From Clostridia bacterium (GTDB lineage Bacteria; Bacillota; Clostridia; Christensenellales; Aristaeellaceae): a stretch of DNA of 64,000 bases. Below are positions 56,649-64,000 of this stretch, piece by piece. The position numbers and the translations under genes are program-made. Positions within the stretch are counted from its first letter, which is position 1; each line of letters begins with the position of its first letter. The stretch is taken from positions 11,896 to 75,895 of the forward strand of contig JAVXNW010000001.1 in assembly GCA_036645575.1 (NCBI GenBank), written 5' to 3'. The notes beneath the pieces are model-generated. The model made no database searches and was not told the origin of the DNA. It worked only from the letters and a program-made list of their open reading frames with translations.

Positions 56649-57695
56649 ATGTCCAAACGCAAAAAGTTTACCGACTACATCCCCGCGTTTTTAAAGCGCT
56701 GGGAATGGCTGCTTGTCGCGCTGGTCGTCCTCGTGTACGCCTTCTTTTCAAGCAAGTTGCCGGACGTCTACACGCTGCCCAAGATGCTCAACCAGACGCG
56801 CGTGTACATGGTGGACGTAGGGTTTATGGCGCTAGGGATGATGCTGGTGTTGGCGCTTGGCGACATCGACATCTCCATTGCGTCGATTGTCGGGCTGTCG
56901 GGCACCGTCATGGCGACGACCTACAATGGGGGAAACGGCCTGCCGTTTGGCGTGTCGATTGTGCTCATGCTGTTGGTTGGCGCGGTTTGCGGGCTGATCA
57001 ACGGGTTCTTGGTCACGCGGTTTAAGGAATTGTTCCCGATGATCATCACGCTGTCCACGCAGACGCTCTATCGGGGCATTGCCTACATCATCTTAAAGGA
57101 CCAGTCGTCCGGGTCGTTCCCGAGCTGGTTTTCCAAAGACCTGGGCTACGGCTCGGTCAACGTCTTTGGCCTGGAGGCCCCGCTGATGCTCGTGTGCCTG
57201 CTTGTGACGATTCCGTTCTTCTTTGTTTGGATTCACAAGACCACTTGGGGGCGTCGGCTGTTCGCGACCGGCACCAACATCACCGCCTCGCGCTATTCGG
57301 GCGTTCAAACCGACCGAATCAAGCTGACGGTGTTCATGCTCAATGGGCTTTTCGCCGCGGTGGGCGGGTTTTTCCTGATCGCCCGAACCGGCTCGGTCAA
57401 GTACACGATCGGAACCGGCTATGAGATGCAGGCGATCGCCATTGCGGTGTTGGGCGGCGCGTCCACCGCCGGGGGCAAGGGCAGCGTGATCGGCGTATTC
57501 CTGTCGCTGCTTCTGATGACCTGCCTCAAAAACGGCCTGATGATCCTGTACAACGACGCGTTTATCCTGAATCTCGCGATCGGGGTATTGCTGATTGCGA
57601 TCGTGCTCATCCCCAACGTGGTGAACGCGCTGCGCGACAAGCGCCAAGTCAGCAGGCGTTCCGCAACGCAGCTGGTCGATTCCGGCAGGGCGTAG
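56649..57695 (+). CDS. sugar ABC transporter permease
   Basis: 348 aa polytopic protein. Starts 1 nt after the previous stop. Confidence 0.85.
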   Translation: MSKRKKFTDYIPAFLKRWEWLLVALVVLVYAFFSSKLPDVYTLPKMLNQTRVYMVDVGFMALGMMLVLALGDIDISIASIVGLSGTVMATTYNGGNGLPFGVSIVLMLLVGAVCGLINGFLVTRFKELFPMIITLSTQTLYRGIAYIILKDQSSGSFPSWFSKDLGYGSVNVFGLEAPLMLVCLLVTIPFFFVWIHKTTWGRRLFATGTNITASRYSGVQTDRIKLTVFMLNGLFAAVGGFFLIARTGSVKYTIGTGYEMQAIAIAVLGGASTAGGKGSVIGVFLSLLLMTCLKNGLMILYNDAFILNLAIGVLLIAIVLIPNVVNALRDKRQVSRRSATQLVDSGRA

Positions 57696-57768
57696 CGCCC
57701 ATTTCCCATGGTTCCGGCAGGGAACATCCCTGTTGAAATACTCATTATTATAAGGAGGAATTGATTCT

Positions 57769-58773
57769 ATGCGTAAGATCCTGTCTATGCTTCTGGTGCT
57801 CATGCTGGTGCTGGGCGCGCTTCCGGCGATGGCGGAAGCCCCGATCAAGCTCGGTGTCGTCTACAAACAGACCGGCAACCCCTTCTTCCAGGCGGCAGTC
57901 AGAGGGTTTGAAGAGGCGCAAGGCGAATTGGGCTTTGAGTTCGTGCACAACGGCCCCGCCGATTCCTCGAACGAAGGACAGATCCAGATCATCGAAGGCT
58001 TCATTCAGCAGGAAGTGGATGCCATCGCGATTTCCGCCAACGACGCCGCGGGCGTTGTGAGCGTGTTGCAGTCCGCCATGGAAAAGGGCATCAAGGTCAT
58101 TTCCTTTGACTCCGCAGTCAGCAAGGAAGGCCGCAACCTGAACATCGATCCGTCGATCGCCGAGAACATCGGCCGCGTCCAGGTCGAAGAGATCGCAAAG
58201 CAGATCGGTGGCAAGGGTCAGATCGCCGTCTTGTCTGCCGCCGCGACGATGGACAACCAGAACACCTGGATCGAGTTCATGAAGAAAGAACTCGAAAAAG
58301 ACGCCTACAAGGACATCGAGCTGGTGACCGTCGTGTACGGCGACGACCTGACCGACAAGTCCTACCAGGAGATGCAGGGCCTGATCAACTCCTATCCCGA
58401 GCTGAAGGGCGTCATTTCCCCCACCACCGTGGGCATCGCGGCGGCGGCGGTCTGCATCAAGGACAACGACCTTACCGGCAAGATCAAGCTGACCGGTCTG
58501 GGCCTGCCCAGCGAGATGGCGGAAGCCATCAAGGACGGCGTGTGCGAAGGCATGTACCTGTGGAACCCCATTGACATGGGCTATTGCGCGTCCTACGCGG
58601 CAGTGGCCATGGTCAAGGGCGAGATCACCGGCGCGGCTGGCGAGAAGTTCGAAGCGGGCCGTCTGGGCACGCAGGAGATCTTTGACGACGGCAACGGCGG
58701 CACCTTCTCGATCGTTGGCGACCCGTTCTGCTTCACCGCCGAGAACATCGACGAGTGGAAGGAAGTCTATTAA
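57769..58773 (+). CDS. sugar ABC transporter substrate-binding protein (LsrB/RhaS-like periplasmic binding fold)
   Basis: A signal peptide is present. It resembles remembered LsrB in architecture (..LWNPIDMG.., C-terminal ..ENIDEWKEVY). The ATPase-permease-permease-SBP gene order matches lsrACDB. Confidence 0.75.
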   Translation: MRKILSMLLVLMLVLGALPAMAEAPIKLGVVYKQTGNPFFQAAVRGFEEAQGELGFEFVHNGPADSSNEGQIQIIEGFIQQEVDAIAISANDAAGVVSVLQSAMEKGIKVISFDSAVSKEGRNLNIDPSIAENIGRVQVEEIAKQIGGKGQIAVLSAAATMDNQNTWIEFMKKELEKDAYKDIELVTVVYGDDLTDKSYQEMQGLINSYPELKGVISPTTVGIAAAAVCIKDNDLTGKIKLTGLGLPSEMAEAIKDGVCEGMYLWNPIDMGYCASYAAVAMVKGEITGAAGEKFEAGRLGTQEIFDDGNGGTFSIVGDPFCFTAENIDEWKEVY

Positions 58774-58794
58774 GCCAATCGGCGCTAGCGCCTA

Positions 58795-58840
58795 AAAACG
58801 CGTGGCGGGCGGGATTTTCCCGCCCGCCACGCGTTTTGGG
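58795..58840 (+). terminator. rho-independent terminator after the ABC operon
   Basis: Long stem AAAACGCGTGGCGGGCGGGA / TCCCGCCCGCCACGCGTTTT. It is flanked by GGCGCTAGCGC direct repeats. Confidence 0.7.
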
Positions 58841-58881
58841 CGCTAGCGCGGGTAAATTTTTGACTTTGCGTGGGGGAGGGC

Positions 58882-58910
58882 TTGACGGATTGAAGGGGTT
58901 ATGCTATAAT
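58882..58910 (+). promoter_or_regulatory. sigma-A-type promoter of the infC-rpmI-rplT operon
   Basis: TTGACG (58882..58887), a 17-nt spacer, then TATAAT (58905..58910). Confidence 0.65.
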
Positions 58911-58916
58911 TCATGA

Positions 58917-59038
58917 GTAAAGCAGGAGCAACCGCTTCTCACCCTGCGGCATTGCCAGCATGGGTTGCCATTAGAATCTGTCGTTGAGGCGGGTTTTCAT
59001 TGCATGAGAGCGGCGATTTTGCGCCGCTTTTTCTTTTT
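58917..59038 (+). promoter_or_regulatory. probable ribosomal protein L20 leader (transcription attenuator) upstream of infC
   Basis: ~120-nt leader ending in an intrinsic terminator: AGCGGCG-ATTTTG-CGCCGCT followed by TTTTTCTTTTT (59009..59038). The position matches the Firmicute L20 leader. The fold itself was not verified. Confidence 0.45.
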
Positions 59039-59097
59039 GTTCTGGTTTGCCCGCGTGCGAGCCACCCCGGAGGCAATTTTATGGGAGGTGCATCGGT

Positions 59098-59613
59098 ATT
59101 AACGATCTGATGATTAATGAGGAAATCCGCGACCGCGAGGTTCGATTGATTGACCAAAACGGCGAACAGCTTGGCGTGGTGCTGCTGAAGCAGGCGATGG
59201 ATATGGCCGAGGAGAAGCAGTTGGATCTGGTGAAGATCGCGCCGCAGGCTCGTCCGCCCGTATGCAAGTTCATGGATTATGGCAAATATCGCTTCGAACA
59301 GTCCAAGCGTGAACGTGAGATTCGCAAGAATCAAAAGATCATCACCATCAAGGAAGTTCGTCTTTCTGCCACCATTGAGGATCACGACGTGGATGTCAAG
59401 TTCAAAAACGCGGTGAAGTTCTTGCAGGACGGCGACAAGGTGAAGGTGACTATCCGATTCCGCGGCCGACAGATCACGCACTCCGAAATTGGCCTTGAGG
59501 TCATGAAGGACTTTGCGGAGCGGATCAAAGAGGTTGGCATTGTGGAGCGCCGCCCATTGATTGAAGGGCGAAACATGACGATGATCGTCGCGCCCAAGGA
59601 CAAAGACCTGTAA
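59098..59613 (+). CDS. infC: translation initiation factor IF-3
   Basis: Probable non-canonical ATT start at 59098, 7 nt after GGAGGTG. NDLMINEEIRDREVRLIDQNGEQLG aligns with B. subtilis DFIINEQIRAREVRLIDQNGDQLG. The alternative start is ATG 59110. Confidence 0.9.
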   Translation: MNDLMINEEIRDREVRLIDQNGEQLGVVLLKQAMDMAEEKQLDLVKIAPQARPPVCKFMDYGKYRFEQSKREREIRKNQKIITIKEVRLSATIEDHDVDVKFKNAVKFLQDGDKVKVTIRFRGRQITHSEIGLEVMKDFAERIKEVGIVERRPLIEGRNMTMIVAPKDKDL

Positions 59614-59672
59614 GATTGCGTCAAGCGATCTGCCAGAAGATAACCCACCCAGGATGAGAGGAGGACTACCCC

Positions 59673-59870
59673 ATGCCTAAGCAAAAAACACATCGTGGCG
59701 CTGCCAAGCGTCTGACGCTCACCAAGACCGGAAAGGTCAAGCGCGCGCAGGCCTACAAGAGCCACCTTCTGACCAAGAAAACCACCAAGCGCACGCGCAA
59801 CCTGCGCAAGGCCGAATACCTGTGCACAGGTGATGCCAAAGTAATGAAGAAACTCATTCCGTATAAGTAA
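59673..59870 (+). CDS. rpmI: 50S ribosomal protein L35
   Basis: 65 aa, basic; [13 protein letters not shown]... Confidence 0.95.
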   Translation: MPKQKTHRGAAKRLTLTKTGKVKRAQAYKSHLLTKKTTKRTRNLRKAEYLCTGDAKVMKKLIPYK

Positions 59871-59885
59871 GGAGGCGAATCAATC

Positions 59886-60245
59886 ATGGCAAGAGTTAAG
59901 AGGGCTGTCAACGCCCTGAAGAAGCGTCGCAAAGTATTTAAACTGTCCAAGGGCTATTTCGGCGCCAAGTCGAAGCAGTACCGCGCCGCCAGCGAGCAGG
60001 TTCGCCGCTCCCTGCGCTATGCGTTCATCGGCCGCAAGCTGAAAAAGCGCACCTTCCGTCGTCTGTGGATCGCCCGTATCAACGCGGCGGCCCGTGCAAA
60101 CGGCCTGAGCTATTCCCGTATGATGAACGGCCTGAAGGTGGCCGGCGTGACGATCAACCGCAAGCTCCTCTCCGAGCTCGCGATCAGCGATGCCGCCGCG
60201 TTTGCCCAGCTTGCTGAAACCGCGAAGGCTGCGGTCGCGAAATAA
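59886..60245 (+). CDS. rplT: 50S ribosomal protein L20
   Basis: 119 aa; [26 protein letters not shown]... Confidence 0.95.
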   Translation: MARVKRAVNALKKRRKVFKLSKGYFGAKSKQYRAASEQVRRSLRYAFIGRKLKKRTFRRLWIARINAAARANGLSYSRMMNGLKVAGVTINRKLLSELAISDAAAFAQLAETAKAAVAK

Positions 60246-60255
60246 TGGCATTCAA

Positions 60256-60285
60256 AAAACTCCCCGCAATCGCGGGGAATTTTTA
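60256..60285 (+). terminator. rho-independent terminator after rplT
   Basis: CTCCCCGC-AATC-GCGGGGA followed by ATTTTTATT. Confidence 0.7.
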
Positions 60286-60301
60286 TTAGGGAAGCGCACG
60301 G

Positions 60302-60961
60302 ATGATGGGAGGGATCGTGGTGAATCGCATCGAACAACTGGTCAGGCAGGCCAAGAAGCCTGTCGCGCTGACCGGCGCGGGCATCTCCGCCCCGTCGGGC
60401 ATTCCGACCTTTGAGGGCAGCTATCTTGGAAAGCCCATTCGCGACTATTTGTCCCGCGACTTTTTTGAGGCGCATCCGACGGATTTTTTCGATCTCTACT
60501 GCGACATGGTCGACTGGTGCGCAAAGCCGGTCAATCAAGCGCACTTGGCGCTTGCCGATTGGGGCCTCCCGATCATCACCCAGAACATCGACGGCCTGCA
60601 CCACAAGGCGGGCGGCGCGGGGGAGAAACTGGAACTGCACGGAACGCTCCGCCACGTCGTGTGCCGCAAGTGCGGGAAGACCATGCCCGCCGATCGCTTT
60701 GCCCGCGCCTACCGGGAGAGCGGAAACATGCGCTGCCCGTGCGGCGCGCGCTGGGACACCGACGTGGTGCTCTACGGCGATCCGGTTCACGCGATCGACC
60801 GGGCGTGGCAACTCGCGGAAAAATGCGACCTGATGCTGGTGGTCGGAACCTCGCTCACCACCTATCCGGCGGCGGCGCTTCCGGAAGTCGCGCGCGCGGG
60901 CGGCGCGCAGATCATCATGGCCAATGACGACTGCATTGCGCAGTTGACGCAGGAGGGGTAA
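60302..60961 (+). CDS. cobB: Sir2-family NAD-dependent protein deacylase
   Basis: Motifs GAGISAPSGIPTF and QNIDGLH, with zinc ribbon CRKCG...CPCG. The start is uncertain: ATG 60302, or GTG 60320 which lies 6 nt after GGGAGGG. Confidence 0.8.
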   Translation: MMGGIVVNRIEQLVRQAKKPVALTGAGISAPSGIPTFEGSYLGKPIRDYLSRDFFEAHPTDFFDLYCDMVDWCAKPVNQAHLALADWGLPIITQNIDGLHHKAGGAGEKLELHGTLRHVVCRKCGKTMPADRFARAYRESGNMRCPCGARWDTDVVLYGDPVHAIDRAWQLAEKCDLMLVVGTSLTTYPAAALPEVARAGGAQIIMANDDCIAQLTQEG

Positions 60962-61735
60962 ATGGAGGGCATACGCGCGGTTTTTTTCGACATCGACGGT
61001 ACGCTGATCGGGCGGGGTATGCCCAACATCCCGCCGCGCGCGCGCTCGGCCATGCGCGCGGCGCAGGCGCGGGGCGTAAAGATGTGCCTGTGCACCGGGC
61101 GCACGCCGGATGAGCTCGCGCAATTCGAGGCGTATCCCTTTGACGCCTTCGCGGTGATGAACGGGCAGTACTGCTACACCCCGGACAAGACGCTCAGGCT
61201 CCACGCGCTTGCGAAGCGGGACGTGCGCACGCTCGTGGAACTGCTCGAGACGGAGGACTTTGCGTGCGGCTTTGTGGAATTGCACCGCGCCTATGTAAAC
61301 CGCGTGACCGAGCACGTCACGCGGATGTTCGCGGGGTCGCATTTGCCGGTTCCGCCCGTGGGCGATCCCCGCGACGCGCTTGTGGCCGACGTCTATCAGG
61401 TCAACCTGTTCACGACGCCCGAGCATGAGGCGCAGATCCTTCACAGACTTCCCGGCTGCGAGGCCAAGCGCTGGTGCCCGACCTACGCGGACGTGATCGC
61501 GCGCGGCGGCGGCAAGGGTCATGGCGTTCGCGCGATCCTTGCGCACTTTGGCATTTCCCCGGAACAAGCGCTCAGCGTGGGCGACGGCGAAAACGACATC
61601 GACATGTTCCGCGTGACCGCGCACTCCGCCGCGATGGGCAACGCCGCCGAAATCGTGCGCACCAGCGCCACCTACGTGACCGCCCGCTACGACCAAGACG
61701 GCATCGTCCAAGCGCTGTCCCACTTTGGCCTCTGA
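60962..61735 (+). CDS. Cof-type HAD-IIB family hydrolase
   Basis: Motifs VFFDIDGTL, CTGR and VGDGENDIDMF. Confidence 0.85.
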   Translation: MEGIRAVFFDIDGTLIGRGMPNIPPRARSAMRAAQARGVKMCLCTGRTPDELAQFEAYPFDAFAVMNGQYCYTPDKTLRLHALAKRDVRTLVELLETEDFACGFVELHRAYVNRVTEHVTRMFAGSHLPVPPVGDPRDALVADVYQVNLFTTPEHEAQILHRLPGCEAKRWCPTYADVIARGGGKGHGVRAILAHFGISPEQALSVGDGENDIDMFRVTAHSAAMGNAAEIVRTSATYVTARYDQDGIVQALSHFGL

Positions 61736-61795
61736 TGGGGCGGCCATCGACCTGTGCGCGGCCGCAGGCGCGCAGCGCGTCAAAGCCGCAGTCCG

Positions 61796-62674
61796 TTAGG
61801 CGCGCAGCGCGTCAAAGCCGTAGTCCAGCATCACCTTGGTGTCAATCCACTTGGGAGACTTGGTCGATCCGGCGTTTAGGACGACGGAGATCAGCGTATT
61901 TCCGTCCTTTTCGCCCACGCACACGAAGCACTGGCCGGCCAAAGCGGCATAGCCGGTCTTTCCGCCCTTGGCGTAGGGCGAATAGTACTGCGAATCGGGG
62001 TCAAGGATCGCGTAGTGGTTGCTGAGCGTAATGGCCGGGCGCAGGTTGGTCTTTTGCATCGTGTGCTGCCGGTCAAATAGAATCTCGCGGAAGGCGGCGC
62101 GCTCAAGCCCGTGGCGCGTGAGCGTGGCCAGATCGCGGGCGGTTGACAGGTGGCCGGGTTCCGGATAGCCGTGCGGGTTGACAAATTGCGTGTTCTTTAG
62201 CCCCAACTGCCGGGCACGCGCGTTCATCTCGGCGACAAAGCCGTCGACGGAGCCTGAAACAAGCGTGCCGATCGCGTTGGCCGCGTCGTTACCCGATTTG
62301 ATCATCAGCCCGTACAACAGGTCGCGCAAGGGCATCTTTTCGCCCGGATACACGGGCACGCGCGTCGAGTCGGCGGGCGCTTTTCCGGCGGAATCAGGCA
62401 CGACAATCATCTGATCGACCGGGCCTTTTTCAAGCGCCAATAACAGCGTCATCAGCTTGGTCGTGCTGGCGGGCGCTTTTTTTTCGTCCGCGTTTTTTTC
62501 AAATAGGACGCGGCCGGTCTTCGCGTCGATCAAGATGGCGGCTTGCGCGGTAATTGCCGCCGGAGAAAGCGCCTCTTGGGCGATCGCAGGGGTATCCACG
62601 GCCGGAGCGGCCATGCAGGCACTCAGCAGCGCGCATGAAAGCATCATGGCGATATAGCGGGTTTTCATCCTCAT
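61796..62674 (-). CDS. serine-type D-alanyl-D-alanine carboxypeptidase (PBP5/DacB-like)
   Basis: ATG 62674 (or 62668) follows GGGAGGTG. A signal peptide and the SxxK (ASTTK), SxN (SGN) and KTG (GGKTGY) motifs are present. Confidence 0.85.
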   Translation of the reverse strand: MRMKTRYIAMMLSCALLSACMAAPAVDTPAIAQEALSPAAITAQAAILIDAKTGRVLFEKNADEKKAPASTTKLMTLLLALEKGPVDQMIVVPDSAGKAPADSTRVPVYPGEKMPLRDLLYGLMIKSGNDAANAIGTLVSGSVDGFVAEMNARARQLGLKNTQFVNPHGYPEPGHLSTARDLATLTRHGLERAAFREILFDRQHTMQKTNLRPAITLSNHYAILDPDSQYYSPYAKGGKTGYAALAGQCFVCVGEKDGNTLISVVLNAGSTKSPKWIDTKVMLDYGFDALRA

Positions 62675-62838
62675 CGTCACCTCCCGGTACGATCTATGGG
62701 ACGCATAGCTTGCGACAAATGATGCAATAAATCGCCTGATGGATGCAATTGACAGACAAAAAGGCCCGCCCGAAAGGCCGGGCGGGAACAAAAAACGCAT
62801 TAAAATTGGGACGAAATGGCATTTGAAACAGGCGACGA

Positions 62839-63414
62839 TCAGAGCCCTTCCTGAACGCTCGCTTCGCAGGATTTCATCGCTTCGAGCGTCTTTTCAAGCA
62901 GCGTCTCAAGCGGCCAACCGAGCAAATCTGCGCCCTGCTCAATGACGTCGCGCGAGCAGCCCGCGGCAAATTTCTTGTCCTTGAACTTCTTTTTGACGCT
63001 CTTTACGTCCATATCGAGGACGCTCTTTGACGGGCGCATCAGCGCCGCCGCGCCGATCAGACCCGATAGTTCATCCGCCGCGAACAGCACCTTTTCCATG
63101 GGATGTTCAGGCGCGACGTCTGCGCACAGGCCGTACCCGTGGCTCACCACCGCGTGGATAAATTCCGGCTCCGCGCCGATCTCTGCCAACAATTCCGGCG
63201 CCTTGACGCAGTGCTGCTGCGGGTATTTTTCAAAATCCACATCGTGCAATAGCCCCGTAAGCGCCCAGAACGCGCGATCCTCCGCATAGCCCAGGTCGCC
63301 CGCAAACCAGTCCATCACGCCCTCCATCGTCAAGGCGTGCGTGATGTGAAAGGGTTCTTCGTTGTACTTTTTGAGAAGCGCCACCGCCTGAACCTGCGTG
63401 ATACTCGTCGTCAT
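62839..63414 (-). CDS. HD-domain metal-dependent phosphohydrolase
   Basis: 191 aa with ITHALTMEGV ... LLHDVDFEKY ... SHGYG. Confidence 0.75.
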   Translation of the reverse strand: MTTSITQVQAVALLKKYNEEPFHITHALTMEGVMDWFAGDLGYAEDRAFWALTGLLHDVDFEKYPQQHCVKAPELLAEIGAEPEFIHAVVSHGYGLCADVAPEHPMEKVLFAADELSGLIGAAALMRPSKSVLDMDVKSVKKKFKDKKFAAGCSRDVIEQGADLLGWPLETLLEKTLEAMKSCEASVQEGL

Positions 63415-63431
63415 GGGTCGTTCCTCCCAAT

Positions 63432-63962
63432 TTAGTATTCGATGCCCTTGCGCGCATGGACGCCATCTTCGTAGGGGTGCTTGATCGCGCGCATCTCGGT
63501 GACGTAATCCGCCTTGGCAAGCAGTTTGTCCGGCGCGGCGCGGCCGGTCAGCACAAGCTCGGTGCCCGGGTTTCGGTGATCCATCAGGTAGCTGATCGAG
63601 GCAATGTCGAGCGCGCCTGAATGGAGCGCGCCCAGCGCCTCATCCAGGATCACCAGATCCACATCCTTTGAGCAGGCCGCCTCGCACGCCTCGTCAAAGA
63701 GCGCCTGTTGCGCCTCGATCCACGCCGCCTTTTCCTCGGGATTTAAATCCCACACAAACTTGGTCGTGGTCATATCGGCGCGCGCCACCTGTATGTTGTC
63801 GATCAGCGCCAGCGACTTGAGCTCCCCTGACGGCGAATTTTTGCAAAACTGGAAAATGCGCACAGTCAGTCCGTTGCCTGCGGCACGTATGGCGAGCCCC
63901 ATCGCCGCGGTCGTCTTTCCTTTGCCATCCCCGGTATAAATCTGAACCAGCCCTTTGTTCAT
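63432..63962 (-). CDS. cobO: cob(I)yrinic acid a,c-diamide adenosyltransferase (CobO/BtuR type)
   Basis: 176 aa with P-loop YTGDGKGKTTAAMG. Confidence 0.85.
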   Translation of the reverse strand: MNKGLVQIYTGDGKGKTTAAMGLAIRAAGNGLTVRIFQFCKNSPSGELKSLALIDNIQVARADMTTTKFVWDLNPEEKAAWIEAQQALFDEACEAACSKDVDLVILDEALGALHSGALDIASISYLMDHRNPGTELVLTGRAAPDKLLAKADYVTEMRAIKHPYEDGVHARKGIEY

Positions 63963-64000
63963 CTACTCGATACCTCCAACAATTATGGTGTTATTGTAAC

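Overview
High-GC (~60%+) bacterial chromosome segment, clearly from an endospore-forming Firmicute/Clostridia-like organism: spoIIAA-spoIIAB-sigF operon, L20-leader/infC-rpmI-rplT, HprK, consensus TTGACA-17-TATAAT promoters and AGGAGG ribosome-binding sites. The window is mostly housekeeping and metabolic. It holds an archaeal-type gap-pgk pair followed by a LarA-like gene and a split transketolase. It also holds a thiol-redox cluster (CoADR-rhodanese, tandem HD-GYP, CcdA, TlpA, Crp/Fnr) and sugar metabolism genes (orphan fucI, adhE, pgi, hprK, glcK). Cell-wall enzymes are present (PBP1A, L,D-transpeptidase, DD-carboxypeptidase), as are cobalamin nucleotide-loop genes (cobT-cobS-cobC, cobO), an AraC-regulated CUT2 sugar ABC transporter and a two-component system. 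I found no CRISPR array, integrase, transposase, prophage or recognisable defence island, and I cannot point to a clear new multi-gene system. The unusual items are smaller. (1) A LarA (Ni-pincer) homologue is translationally coupled to an archaeal-type pgk. (2) A collagen-like, Cys-rich exosporium-type protein has ~105 uninterrupted GXY triplets. (3) A strongly promoted and terminated but structurally defective tRNA-Val-like gene lies in a 0.6-kb non-coding islet. (4) An undescribed MITE/REP-like repeat with 12-bp terminal inverted repeats occurs in three forms. (5) A (GGAATT)n microsatellite lies upstream of ccdA. (6) A triplicated 40-bp promoter-like module lies upstream of proA. (7) An in-frame Cys-containing heptad VNTR sits inside cobC. 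All product calls rest on motif recognition by eye and need database confirmation.
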